Of a stretch of 64,000 nucleotides of DNA, positions 50,839-63,893 are shown one piece after another. The notes below the pieces were generated by a model, which worked only from the letters and a program-made list of their open reading frames with translations, was not told where the DNA came from and made no database searches. The position numbers and the translations under genes were made by a program. The stretch is from Vermamoeba vermiformis. Lineage: Eukaryota. The DNA lies in assembly GCA_045837725.1 (NCBI GenBank), contig JBEWZL010000238.1, forward strand, positions 434,001 to 498,000. The letters are read 5' to 3'. Numbering within the stretch: position 1 is the first letter of the stretch; each line of letters starts with the position of its first letter.

Positions 50839-52829
50839 ATGGCGACTAAAGTAACAAAAAAGAGAAAATTATTGGACGGAACAGCAACTGATACGGCGAT
50901 TGAGCTCGACGAATACGTCTTCACTCCGATCCACCTCAAAACTCTTCAAAAGAATTTAGAATCCATTCCGCATGATATAGTAAGCTAAAAATATGAAAAT
51001 AACTTGAATCAAGCGTAATTCATCAATTCTAAAAATTATTAGAATTAAGATAATTTTATTATTTATTCTTTCAAGGCCAACTGGTTTATAAAATATCCAA
51101 TTAAAATTTTTTTTAGCTTATTCGCACGCTAGTAAGCATTGCAAGCAAAGATCTGTCGTTCGTCGAAAAGTTGAATGAAGAAGTCCCTCAAAGTACGAAC
51201 TAACTCTCCTACGTATGAATATTCCACAATTAATATTTTCGGTGCATAGATATGGATGTTAATTCGTCCACAAAAGCGAAGCTGCATCACGATCCAGATC
51301 AACACCTTTTAGCTGACAAACAAGACTCGAACAACGAAATTGAAGCACGACAATATAGTCCTACTAAAATTAGCGACTACATTAACGTAATATTTGACGC
51401 GCACAAGTTTTTCGGGCAGGGTAAGCGCTGATCCAGCTCTTTATTTCTGTTCACCATTCATGAACTTTTGTACATTAGGCGAAGATTGCCCATACGGAGA
51501 AGAAGCGGATGATAGAGAAGAAGAGGTATAAATATTCAACGGATCCGAACCAATCAGATCCGCTTTAGGGACATCTATCTAACCGCTCTCTCATTTAATT
51601 ATAGTACGAAAACCTCCTAGAATCTCTTCGCAAGTTAATGAATCAAACACGCACCTTGTCTAATATTGGCGAGCAAGCCAGTGCTTACATCATACTCCGC
51701 GTCATGTATGACGAAATTGATATTGTATGCAAAGAATCCTCAGCCTATTATTAGTTCTAATTATTAATAATAATGTTTCAATTCTAGGACAGAATTAAGT
51801 CCAACGGTAAATTCGATGAAGACGAATGGGATGAACTTGAAACGATGCCAGAGGTGATTTGTGCTGAGATTGAACAGCTGTACAAACAAGTTGAAGCAGC
51901 ACTGAGCGCAGAAGAGAAAGAATACTGCGAACAACGATTAGCGGCGTAAGTATTGACACTTATATATACGATGCAAGGGTGTGTTTTTTAATGTCATCAT
52001 TGTGCTAGTTATGAAGCTGAAAAGCCCAACGAAGTGAACAACTCGTTTGTGATGACAAACTTCCCTTGGGACTTGCACTACATCAAAAAGACCTATCCTG
52101 ATCGTTATTTGGTGTCAGATCGGTATCTCAATCGCTTCTCTATTAAATCTAAAACTACTGTAAGTACCAGACCACCGATGTAGATAATACTTACATGAAT
52201 CTTTGCAGCCTCTTCCACGCGGCAATAATTATGTTGTGGTAGCACAGATAGCCGATCCATATTTCGGAGACAATTGCCAACTAGAACTGCAGTTCAGCGA
52301 CAAAAAAGTGTTTTCGTACAAATGTTCCAAGCACACTCGCTCCGCGCAATTCTGCGAACATTTGACCGGCTTGGCTGTGCAAATTTGCACCGAAAAGACC
52401 AAGCTCTTGCTGTACATGAGTGGTCAGACGTCTATTCAAGCCAATGTCACGGCAAAGAAAGACAAGAAACCCACGCCACATACGAACTCACTTTTTCAAA
52501 AGCCAAATTATAACAAACCAACTGCTAAAACATTGCCAGTGACAGCTCCGTACAAATCATCAGTTCAAACAAACTCGAATTATAATAGTCCTGCTGTGAC
52601 GAATGTGCGGTCTGTTCCAAAAGCAGCCGTGAAAACGACGCATTTGGCGAACTCGCACAACAAATCAACAAACAAAAGTAAAACCACTCGGGAGTTATCG
52701 ATCAAAGAAATAATCGCTGCAAAGCAAGCTGAAGCTTTGAGAGCAGCCATAGCGATGTTACAGGCAAAAAAACAAGGGCCTAAAATGCACCTAGCCAAAC
52801 CTAATAGCCGAACGAATAATAAACGATAA
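50839..52829 (+). CDS. Hypothetical nuclear protein with a SWIM-like zinc finger and basic tail, multi-exon
   Basis: NLS-like KKRK in exon 1; acidic helical middle; YKCSKHTRSAQFCEHLTGL; K/T/N-rich tail. Confidence 0.6.
50857..50943 (+). repeat. 87-bp inverted repeat, left arm
   Basis: Exact reverse complement of 52845-52931, checked base by base. Confidence 0.95.
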
Positions 52830-52844
52830 TTGCTCGGAAATTTA

Positions 52845-52931
52845 AGTTTTGAGGTGGATCGGAGTGAAGACGTATTCGTCGAGCTCAATCGCCGTATCAG
52901 TTGCTGTTCCGTCCAATAATTTTCTCTTTTT
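52845..52931 (-). repeat. 87-bp inverted repeat, right arm
   Basis: Exact reverse complement of 50857-50943. Confidence 0.95.
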
Positions 52932-53158
52932 CGTTCACTCGGCTCACAAGTCAGCGCACAAGACTCCTACAACTACTACTACTACAACGAGCTCAGTACC
53001 CTTTACTTTTAGAAGAAAGGCTCAATATGAACCGCCGTCGAGGGAAGTGCGACAATCTACTTTAAAGAAAAGATCAACCCGTCGTCGCAAATAATGTTAG
53101 TTGTATTTTAATAAAACAATTTATTGGCAATAAATAGGTGAAGTTACTACAATACGAT

Positions 53159-56100
53159 TTACTGGTCTTCGAACAGGGGCTTATCGAAGGGATTAAAATC
53201 ATCGGCGGGGGCTGGTGTCGCATCCGAAGGCAGATCGGCACCGCTGCTAAGAGGTTTGAAGAAATCGTCTTCACCTGGTGCTGCGGCTGTGTCGGAGCTT
53301 AAAGGCTTGAAGAAGTCATCCTCGGCTGAAAATACACAGTTAGACATGAACACTAAAATTAGATCAGATCTACGTACTTGATGGAGCAGCTGTGCCATTG
53401 GTGGCAGCCGCGCTATCGTTTGTGGTCAAAGCACTGATCTTATTCAACACGGCTTGTTCAGTAACAGTCAACGGTGCCTTAGGCTCTTCAGTGTGCGTGA
53501 CAGGTGCAGCAAAGTCGTCTTCAGGCTTCGGGTGCTCAACGGTGGCGGAGCTCACGGGCTTGAAGAAGTCATCGTCCTCGCCTAGAGCGGATTAGATTCG
53601 ACACTTGTGATAGAAATATTCGTGTACGTACTAGGATGAACAACAGGAGTTGTGTCTTGCTTAGCGGGCAATGGCGGGGCAGAGGTGTCCTTGGCAGGCA
53701 ATTGAGGAGCATCGCTAGCTGACACGGACAATTGAGTGGTCAAGCGACGGTTAGAGCGAGAAGCAGGGGGTGGCGGGGCCGAGAAGCTGACGTCTTTAGG
53801 TGAAGCGTTCTCAGCGGCAGCTTGACTGACAGTCGGTGCAATCTTGAAGCTGATGGCTGATTGCACTCTGTCGGGTTGGTCCCACGATTCAGAGCTCGAC
53901 TCGTCGTCATCCTTCTTGTTAGTCTTGGCAGGCAAAGGAGGAGCAGCGACAACAGGAGTGCTCTCTTTAGGAGGCAATGGAGGACCTGTGACAGCAACGG
54001 CAGTATCCTTTGGAGGCAATTTCGGTGAATTAACATCAGCCTCGGCTTGCACCTTGCGCACGGCAGGAGGAGTAGCGGGTTTGACAGGGGACTCGAACCA
54101 ATCGTTCGTGCTAGGACCAAAGGCATCAGCGGCATTGACGACAGGGACTGGCTTTTGAACTGCGACTTGTTGGGCCAACTGTGCTTGTTGTTGAGCCAAG
54201 GCTTGTTGGTGAGCGAGTACTTGTTGTGCTTGTTGGGCCTTTTGCTTTTGTTTCTGCGCCAACAAGTCCTCTTTGAGCTTGCGCAGCTGTTGAATGGACT
54301 TCTGTTGCTTGTCCAAGTTCATTTTGTTCTCATCGAGTTGCTTCTCCATGGTAGCCAACTGATCCTTCTCCAACTGGAACTGATCGCGTCGTTGTCTAAC
54401 AATGCTATCAAATTGTTCTATAACACATGTTAGTCAAGTACCATTACGATAGCTAACGCTCTTACCCTTTTGTTCTTGAACAGTTTGCAATTGGTTCTTG
54501 GCGAATTGAATCTTCTCCTTGAGCGAGGCACTCTTAATCTTTTGACGCTCGACTTCGAGTTCGAGTTGCTTGACTTCGGCCTTGAAAACTTCAATTTGTT
54601 GATCTTGCATGTCGACCATCTTAGTGTTCTCGTTGTTCTTCATTTGAGCCTCGCGCAACTGCTTGATCAATTCTTCTTTCATCTTCAAGTTTTGAATGGC
54701 TTGGGCCTTCAATCGCTCAATCTCCTTACGCTCCTCTTCGAGTTTCTGTTGTTGCGCTTGTTGCAAGAGCATTTGTTGTTGCATCAATTGTTGCTGAGCA
54801 AGTGCTTGTTGTTGCTCGAGCAATTGTTGTTTCTTCAATTGTTCTTGTTGCTGCTGCATCAAAGCTTGTTGACGGAGCTGTTCTTGTTGCTGTATCATCA
54901 TTTGTTGTTGTCTGAGCACTTCTTGTTCCTTCAACAGCTGTTGTTGTCTCAACTCCTCTTCGCGTTGTTGTTGCAACTGTTGTTGACGCAATAACTCGTC
55001 GCGTTGCTTCTGTTGTTCAACGAGAAGTTGTTGACGCATGATCTCTTCTTGTTGCTTCTTCAAAATCTGTTGTTGCTTCAATTGCTCTTCTTGTTGTTGT
55101 TGCAACAATTGTTGTTGGCGCAATTGCTCTTGTTGCTGTTGAATGATTTGCTGCTGACGAACTTCTTCCTGCTTCAACATCTCCAACTTCAACTGTTCTT
55201 GTTGCTGCTGCACTAATTGCTGTTGTCTCATTTGTTCGATCTTCATCTGTTCTTGTTGTTGCAACAACGCGTTTTGCTTCAAGCCTTCACGAGCTTGTTC
55301 CAATCTGGCTTGTTCTTGCTTCAACAAATCAAGCTTGGATTGACCCTCTTGCATTTGTTGAAGTCGCAATTGCTCGAGACGAAGAGTCTCTTGCTTCAAT
55401 TGTTCAATGCGGATTTGTTCTTGACGAATCTGCTCCATTCTGGCCCACTCTTGCACTTGAGTCTGTTGCTTGATGGCTTCGAGCTTGAGCATCTCTTGGC
55501 GCAACAACTCTTGGCGCTGTTGTTCTTGCTTTTCTTGTTCAAGGCGCAGTTGTTCCAATCGAGATTGCTCTTGACGAATTTGCTCGAGTCTGGCTTGTTC
55601 TTGTTGCTGCAACACACGGAACTGTTCAGCTTGTTGTTGTTGCTGAGCAAAGCCTTGCTGAACTTGTTGCAACTGGCTCTGAGTGTATTGGTATTGTTGT
55701 TGCGCGGCACGTAATTGTTGTTGAGCAGCTTCTTGTTGTTGCAACAGTCGTTGTGCTTCACGCTGTTCACGTTCTCTTTGTTCGCGTTCTCTTTGCTCTC
55801 GCTCTCGTTGCTCTCTTTCACGCTGTTCGCGCTCTCGTTGTTGTTGTGCGTGATCGTTGCTGAAAGTGGGCGTGGGAAGATCGGAGAATGGATCCTTGAC
55901 AGGTCAACTTGTTAGCGCAAGCCGAGTTCAATCTTGTGTGCTAGTACTTACACCACCTTTACGAGTAATGATCAATGCAGCACCGAGTGACTTCAACAAG
56001 TTAGGAGGCACCTGATCGGGTAGCTTGCCACCATTGCGTGCGTGAGCAAGATAGTGCATGGCCATGGAGAACTCAGTCAGATCCAAGCGACCATCAGTGT

Positions 56101-57917
56101 CCACATCGGAGAGGGAACTAAGATGTATCATGTTAGCATGTTACAATCAATTGAGACTGAATAGACTTACAAAATCTTAGCGAGAATTTCTTTGGGCAGA
56201 CCAGACTTCGTGAACAACTCCTTGATTTGCAAGCCAGAGATGAATCCATCATTGTCAGTATCGTAACGACGGAAGTAGCTGGCATAAAGTGCCTTTTGCT
56301 CGTCAGTCACCCACCACTCCTATGAACCGAAAATGTTCAGTCAAGTCAGATCCTCAATTGACACGCGTGTCCCTTACATCTTGTGACTGCAGACTGTTCG
56401 CAAGCGCATTCGAATCAAACACAATTGTGCCGCGGTTATTGGGGAACAACTCGTTGGTGCTCAAATACGAGGGGGTGTGAGAGCCAGTGTTTCCGAAGTT
56501 ACCGCTGCTAGTGTTGTTTGTTACAAAGGGCGATGAACCTCCGAAAGGACTGCCAACGGCATCTATAACAAATTATAAGCCATGGCTTGTGGTGGAGGTA
56601 AAATACAATCTTACCATTAGTGGAGAATACGGACGGTGTGTTCAACGGAGCATTGAATGACGGGGCCGAAGAAGAAGGCATGCCAATAGACACTAACAAT
56701 GACTGCGGCACTTGTTGTGGGATCTCTTGACCAGCCAACTTCGCTTTAATCAAGAAGAACGCGATGGCAAATTCATTGAAATTCAAGCGGGGATCCATCG
56801 ACACCTTGGCCAACGACCTTCAACGAGACATTAGGCGGTATTAAATAAATAGCATTATATTACTCCATACCATATCTTGCCGAGATCAGCAGTGGCCAAT
56901 TGTGAACGCAAGAAAAATTGCTTCGCATCCGCAGCTGGAATAGACGATTAATACTCATTAACAGCTTTCGTGTGCGAATTATTATAATTTAAATATTGCG
57001 CTCATTTTCTCTGGCAATAATAATTACCTAAAATTAAGCCGTCTCTGTCCGAGTCCAAAGAGTCAAAATAATTTCTGAACTGATTAATGCTCTGCTCTGT
57101 CAATCGCCATTCAAAACCAGGTCCCTATGTTACAGTGCGTTAGCAATTATTGATAAAGAGGCTGGACAAGGTCAACGCTGATCGGGTAAGGTAAAACGGA
57201 AAAAACGATAGATGCAATTAAATCAACATCAAAAAACCTCGTGCAAATAATATACGGGAATTATAAATAATTATGCTGATGTCTGCATGTTGTTTTCATG
57301 AAGATTTTTACCTTCTTAGTCGGAAATTGAACGCCCTCCAAGCGAGGCATCGGAACGTCTAATTAATACATGATTAAATTTATGTACGATTATTAGAGTA
57401 AAAAATATGTAATCAATGAAACAAACGTGTAAATTTGTTTGATCGTGAAAAAGTCTAATCTTACTCGTGGTCGTAATGAGATTTTGAATAGAGGGGTCTC
57501 TGCCATTTTGAGCTAGTGCAATTAATTTTAATGCCGTGCAAAATTCCTCTTTCTTCAAATAAGTCAAGCCACCCACGTTGACTTCGGCCCAAATCTAATA
57601 ACAATTAGAATTTTCGCACATATGCTCATAATTAGAAAATAATGCATTTACGCGTGTATTTGATTATTAATTTCATATTTATCAAATTATTACCGTGATT
57701 GATTGGTAATTGCAATATAAAAATTTGGAAAATCTTCAAATATTCCAACACGGCGTATTTAATACGTGACAATATTATTACTTACTCTTCCTAGCTGATT
57801 ACGCTGTAATCCTGAGCGAGCGAAGAAATTTGCGTCTTGGAGACCAATTACGCCATCCTTGTCAGCATCGGCTAAAGAGAATAAATAATCGTACTTCTCT
57901 CTTTCGTCCAGCTCCAT
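53159..57917 (-). CDS. Eps15/Ede1/intersectin-like endocytic scaffold: three EH domains, Q-rich coiled coil, Pro-rich region and DDFF repeats
   Basis: EH motifs ADADKDGVIG...SGL, EFCTALKLI, LNFNEFAIAFFLI, DVDTDGRLDLTEFSMAMHYL; Q/E-rich coil; PPLPPK; DDFFKP repeats and an NPF. Confidence 0.9.
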
Positions 57918-58151
57918 CGTTATAATTAAAAATTACAAGGATGTTGTGGTATTAATTCGCAATACAATTCGGTTATGAGAACCTCAAAAAAATGAAAAAT
58001 TTACCGCACTCGAGCACGTGCAAATTCAAATGCAGTGTATTCTAGTATCAAAAGATACTATCAACTTTAAATGCCTTCGGAATGTTACGGTTGCATTAAT
58101 AACGCTAGATTTTTGATTTAAAGGGAAAGTTTATTTACAAGTTAGATCCGC

Positions 58152-58370
58152 TTAAGCGTGCTTGGCTTGCTCCTTGTAGTGATCAGCCTTGACTCCAGAA
58201 ACAGTTTCCTTGGTCTTCTCGCTAACTGCGTGAGCACCAGCTTCGAGACGTTCTACGACACCTCTGTTGGGGTCCATAGCGCGGTTCTTAGCAGCCTCGC
58301 CTTGCACGTGGTGGTTGGCCTCGTCGACGCGGTTGGAGATTGAGTTAGCGGCGTTCTTGATGTTTTCCAT
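58152..58370 (-). CDS. Grg1/ccg-1-like small hydrophilic stress protein (72 aa)
   Basis: MENIKNAANSISNRV...AAKNRAMDPNRGVVERLEAGAHAVSEK...KADHYK follows the pattern of fungal glucose-repressible Grg1; biased codon usage. Confidence 0.75.
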   Translation of the reverse strand: MENIKNAANSISNRVDEANHHVQGEAAKNRAMDPNRGVVERLEAGAHAVSEKTKETVSGVKADHYKEQAKHA

Positions 58371-58826
58371 GATGGTTAGTTGTGTTGATTTGTCAGTTGT
58401 TTTTTGTTGAATTGAAATGCTGCAACTTGCTTCCCTTTTATCCTTGGGGCAGGAGCATATGACCAGAGATTCTATCGACATTTAAAAGAAAATGTTAGGT
58501 TGCGTCGATTCCAACTGAGTTTTCTTAGGCGCGGAATAGCTCCCAGAACTATCTTCGAAATTTCTATTGCGCGAACGCTGTAGGCCCAGTGTGAAGTATT
58601 GCTCGATGATGCTATGGGTCATTATACATCAGGCGTGAGAGTGAGTGTCAGCATGCTGAGTGTTTTTAAACTTGCTCGGGCTCCGCTGCTCGTTAACTGT
58701 TGCCGCCCTTTTTAGCGTTTAAATTTGAAGTTCATCAACAATGGAAGCAACACGAACATAAGGATAATTAATAAACGGTCAAACATTTTAACGCGAATAA
58801 GCGCCACAATATATAAACTGTAAGAA

Positions 58827-59990
58827 ATGACCGATCCAAAAGAAAAATTGTCTTGTGACTTAGAAATGGCCAAAAAAATATTGGAGCAGGTAAATAAATT
58901 CTCAAATTATCAAAACAAATGTGGCAGTTACTTATTTAATAATACCAAAACAAAGTAAATTAAAATATAATTATGGCCAGTGCTGGCGTCAATGATTAAC
59001 TGTTATGTTATTTTTAGGCACAAGATTTACATACTCAGACTGGTGCAGACGTATTATTAGTTGTTCAAACGAGAGATTCGGTAAGCTTGATCGCCACGTT
59101 TTCTTGCCAATTCTAACCCGGGTGGTGGATAGGAGAGCCCTGCTTATGCCTATGCATCGCCTAAATTAATGCCCATGCTCACACAAGGTCCTAGGTTGTC
59201 TACAATAACGCAACTGCTCGGCACTAAAGAAAATTCAAGCGTGCCTGTTGTTCAACTGCTTGGTGGCCCTGCCGTCATAGATCTTAATGAAGAGCATAAC
59301 AATAATACTACCCAGAGTAACACATTAAACTCTACAATACAGCTGCAACAGGCATCCGATCCTCAGTTCTGCAGCCCGGTTCAAAGCGTCTACCATTTGC
59401 CTGCCAATAGCAATCCGGTCATAGTAACGGAATCTATTAGTCCTCTCCACTCACAAGTATACCCCGCACCAAATCCTCAATACGCAAGTCCTGTTATTCA
59501 ATCGCCTTTGGTCAACCGTCATCTGATCCACGTCGTGCACTCCTCGCCATTATCCCTCGCAAATAATACCAATAGCAATAATCAGATGCACGCGCGATAC
59601 GGTCAGCAAAACTCTTCGAGCCCGCAGTGGAATACTTCTGAGAACTCGTCTGCGAACACGAGCTCCAACACTATTCCCTTGCAGTCAACGCGAGTTCTGC
59701 CTGGCTCCTTGCCCTCCACACCGCCTTTCAGTCTCACTAGCTCGCCGAGCTCTGGTGGTGGCTCTTCTAGCATGGCTCTCGAAATCAATATGAAGTTCTT
59801 GCACGCTTTCAAATCGGTCCACAAGCTGCATCTAACACCCGAAGAGAAGACGCAAGTTATCAACCTCATTTGCGCTAATAATCAGATACTGCTGGCTGCT
59901 TTCGAGGCATTCTCGACTCAGAGCGAAGAAGACATCAAGTACCTAACACAAGCAGCAAAAAATTTGATCAACAATCAATGCGCTTTGTAA
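58827..59990 (+). CDS. Degenerate SRF-type MADS-box protein, 3 exons (58827-58889, 59018-59080, 59133-59990)
   Basis: Spliced ILEQAQDLHTQTGADVLLVVQTRDSESPAYAYASPKLMPMLT matches the SRF MADS dimerisation half; S/P/N/Q-rich middle; helical C-terminus. Confidence 0.7.
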
Positions 59991-60155
59991 AATAGATCCA
60001 CCTTGTAAAATAAAGTATACTCCTAACCGTAGAATATCTATGTAATTGAGAATTTAATTTATTCGTTCGGCCTTATTAGCCGAAAGCAAAAACAAAAATA
60101 CACGCGTTCAAAAATGATAGTATTTTCTCTCACCCGTTTGTTGATAGGTGATTCC

Positions 60156-63100
60156 TTACAAATAATTTGAAATTGCCGATGACTCCTTCGGGCAAGGCTC
60201 TTTGAGACCCAATACGTCCTTTGTTTTCTGTTGATAAAAAGTTAGACCAAGTTGATCACAAGTCAAAACGGCCGTACCTCGATGAGTTCAACTACTGAGG
60301 TGAAGGCATAGGTGTGCGGATCAATTCTGATCATATACTTGTCGTCAGCTTTACCACCATAGGAAATTCGTCGGTGATCAATGTGCGTTCGTGAAGTTAA
60401 GATAGACAACGTGTAGGGCTTGCCTGGTGAAGTTGTTGAGAGACGAACCAAGTAAGAACCATAGGGCTTAGACTCCAAGCGAGAGTTAGCTTCTTCAGAA
60501 GTAATGTAACCGTGGAACCACCTGAAAAAGGGGTTAGATCACACGATCGAATCTGAACTCAGTGTCGCAAAATCAATGTTTAACTAGCAGGTATATCAAT
60601 ACTTACTTCTGCTTGACCAATTGCTCAGTAGCAGAGATGATAGGAGCAGCACGCTCTTTCATGAAGAAAGGTCCGAACCACTTGATGAATCGATCGAAAG
60701 TGGCCATCGTGACGACAGGTCCGGTCTCAGTAATGGTCTTCTCTTCTTTGTCGCACAAGAACTCTTCAAGAGCCTTCAGCTTCTTTTCATCCTCGGCCTT
60801 CAAGTCGAACAAACGAGTGGCCAACTTGACAAATTCAGCCCACTTGACTGACTCTTCCAAATCCTACAAAGTTGCATATTAGTTTACCTCGCACCATCAG
60901 CTTTCGTAACTAGTCACTACAATTGTGTAGCTAACAACACTTGTATGTTTACAGAGTACTTACAGGCTTGTCAGCCAAGAAGTGTTTCTTCCAGAACTCA
61001 CGTCCGGCCTCATCTTCGATGACACAATCGACGAGCACTTCGTTGATTCTGAAAGCAATCTCCGAGAAGGATGGTCGCTTTCTGTAGTCAGCGTGCCAGC
61101 AACGCTCGATCAAGTAGCGCAAAGCAGGCAAGCAGCCGTCGGGGATGGTTGGTCGCTTGTTCTAAACAAAGATTGTCGTTAGTTACTAGAACAAGTTGGA
61201 GTGTCAAACAATAAGTAGGTCCATATAATAAATCTTGACACCTACTTGAATGCACACGGCGTGCTTGAAGGCCTTCCAATCCTTGAATTCACTGAACGGC
61301 TCTTTACGAGTCAAAAATTCCCACAAAATAATTCCGAAAGAGTACACATCTCTCTTTTCATTAGTTTCTTTGCCCATCATGACTTCAGGAGCCATCCTAA
61401 ATGAAAGTGTTAGCCAACCGACCATCTGACAAGGTCTTAAAATTCTAAAAGAATAAGAATAATTGAGAAAAACTGTCGTACCATAAGGGTGTGCCCTTAG
61501 CACGTCCTTTGAATGTCTTGCCAGTCTCGAAATATTTTCCGAAGCCGAAATCGGTCACTTTTACGGTACCGTCTTCAGCGATCTGCGTCACAAATGGCAA
61601 ATTAGTTTTAAGCTTAAAATTGCTTCGCCTCTGTAGCACATACCAACAAGTTGGCGGGCTTCAAGTCACGGTGAATAATCTTGCAAATACCGTGCAGCCA
61701 GTTCATTCCGAGACACGCGCCTTTCGCCATCTTCATTCGCTCGTACAAGCTCAAGGGCTTATCGCTCTACAATAATTAGCATTAGTATTAATACCAATCT
61801 ATACCTAACGTGGCATAATACATCGGCAATTAGTCTCCCAGAATCATAAATTAATTAAATGAATCACAGGTTGGGATCGCTCAACCGATTAATTTTAGTT
61901 GTAGTTGAGTGTACTTACTCGCAACACTTTCTCGACATCAGTAACGCAGAGTTCAGTGACAATCTTAATGGTACCCTTTGTTTGGGCACCCATAAAGAGG
62001 ACAATGTTGGGATGGAAGATCTTGCTGTAAAATTGCGAGTTAAAAATGGACTAAATTATAATATATAATTTATATGTCGTTGACCATCTAGATCACACTG
62101 AATAATTACTCGTGAAGTGAAAACAAGTGCGATCTAGATCAAAAAAAAAGCCAAAAAAAGGGCAAATTACCTCATCACAGCGACTTCGTGTCTGAATTGC
62201 TCCATCTGACGTGGGTTCAATTTCTTTTTCGGGACTTTAATGGCCACTTTCTTTCCTCGGCAAATTCCTAAATAAGAAAAAAGTGTCAATGGTTAGTGTC
62301 CATTAAATTAGAATCAATCGTGTAAATTATATAATGGCACGCATATTCAATCATTTTCTAGTATTCGTAATAGAAACAAAAATTTTGTTTGGTGCAGCAC
62401 GCGCCGAAAATATCGGTCTATCAAGGCTACAAAGTGACAATAGTATTATTTTGCACACGAGTTACTGTGACAAGTTATTAAGAGCAAAAGGTTACCTCGG
62501 TAGACCATGCCATAAGAACCTTCACCAATAAAATCTTTCTCTTCATCGTAAGTAATTTCATTATCGCCAATGTCGGGAGGACCGCTTTGATGCTTGCTAG
62601 ATTGCTGTAAAATCAAGAGTTAATTGATTTAGTTGAACTAGATCGCACTAAATTTAGAAAACTTTTTAAAATGCGCTATTCGCTAATTAAGCTTGTAAAT
62701 AATGCGGAATCGAGTCCAAATAGCATGAATAAATTAATTGACAACAGAAAAAGTAATATCTCGATTTTTGAAGGGATGAAGTGAACGCCGGATTTGATCG
62801 TTCCAGAAAACTAGTCGAAAATAAGCAGAAAAATCAAATTTATGTAACTATTTAATTCTATTATAATAGGGAAAGTAAATGATTCTAGAAGAACAGGTTT
62901 TGCGTCCGGTAAATTGACGTGCAATCGTTCACTAGAAATTAATAAATCCGAAAAAATCAATTCATTCACTAATTTAAATTCTGTACAACAGCGATATAAA
63001 CGATTGCAAGATATAAATAATTACTTACAGCACCAGCAGATGTGCTTGGAATTTCTTTTTGGTTGAAAGGCAAAGGTGCATAACCATTGGGTGCGGGTGA

Positions 63101-63454
63101 GCCTTCGTCCTCACGTCCCTTATCTTTGTGTCTGTCACTTCCGTGATTTTTGCTGCTTGCTTCTTCTCGAATCAGCGCATTCACGTAGTTCTTCACTTTT
63201 TGTTTGTATTTTCTAACTTTCTCCAATATAGCTTGCAATTGTTCCAACGAAGTTCCGTATTCTTCAGGTTTTAATTCATCGTGTTGTACACAATCAATAG
63301 CTTCTACGAGGATTCGTTCTTGTTCACGCAGCGTATCTAGTGCATCAATGGCACCTTCGGCGTTATTGCTTTCGTGTAAAATAACATCGACTGCCTCGAG
63401 GACGCGGAGTACTTCCACGAGGTTCAGTTCGACACGTTCTTCAGAACCAGACAT
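60156..63454 (-). CDS. Shk-family TKL protein kinase with C-terminal SH2 domain
   Basis: [41 protein letters not shown]...RPSF; SH2 WFHG...GSYLVRLS...YTLS; coiled N-terminal exon. Confidence 0.92.
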
Positions 63455-63893
63455 CTGTTGTATTGTTTGCAAAAGTTTGTTGAAATAAAAAGTTTTATGA
63501 GCGACAAAAACCCCGCACAAAATTTAATTTCGGCTTCCACAATATAACCGCGTGATTGTATACCTCAACAGCGCATGTGCCTTGGCACGCGTCGCAAACT
63601 GTAAAAAGCGCACCACTACTGGATCCCGCACTACGAGTTATTCGTACTTTACCTTTAATACCAGTGGTTACTGCTTGTTAGAGCATGTAAATATTTATGC
63701 ATATTTTTAATTATATGCTCTTCCGTATTCTTGGATTGTTGCAGTCAGGTAAGATCAACACGCTTGGATGCACTTACTTTATTTGTTGTGCCTTGAGCGA
63801 ATTTCAATTCTTTGTTAATGTATTCAGTAGAAATTAAACTATATTATGCCTATACTAGCAATTTTTTTCGTAATTTTGGAGAGGAAATAAATA

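Noticed and set aside
50857-52931. Inverted repeats as TIRs of a Mutator-like transposon (SWIM finger inside)
   Set aside because: The left arm lies inside coding exon 1 after the ATG; no target-site duplication or DDE transposase motif seen.
52966-52990. (ACT)n short tandem repeat
   Set aside because: Ordinary microsatellite or poly-Thr tract, too short to be informative.
54047-55915. Leu-rich plus-strand ORFs that look like membrane proteins
   Set aside because: Antisense shadows of the CAA/CAG-rich coil of the EH-domain gene.
58043-58060. Short hairpin tagtatc-aaaa-gatacta
   Set aside because: A single 7-bp AT-rich stem is expected by chance.
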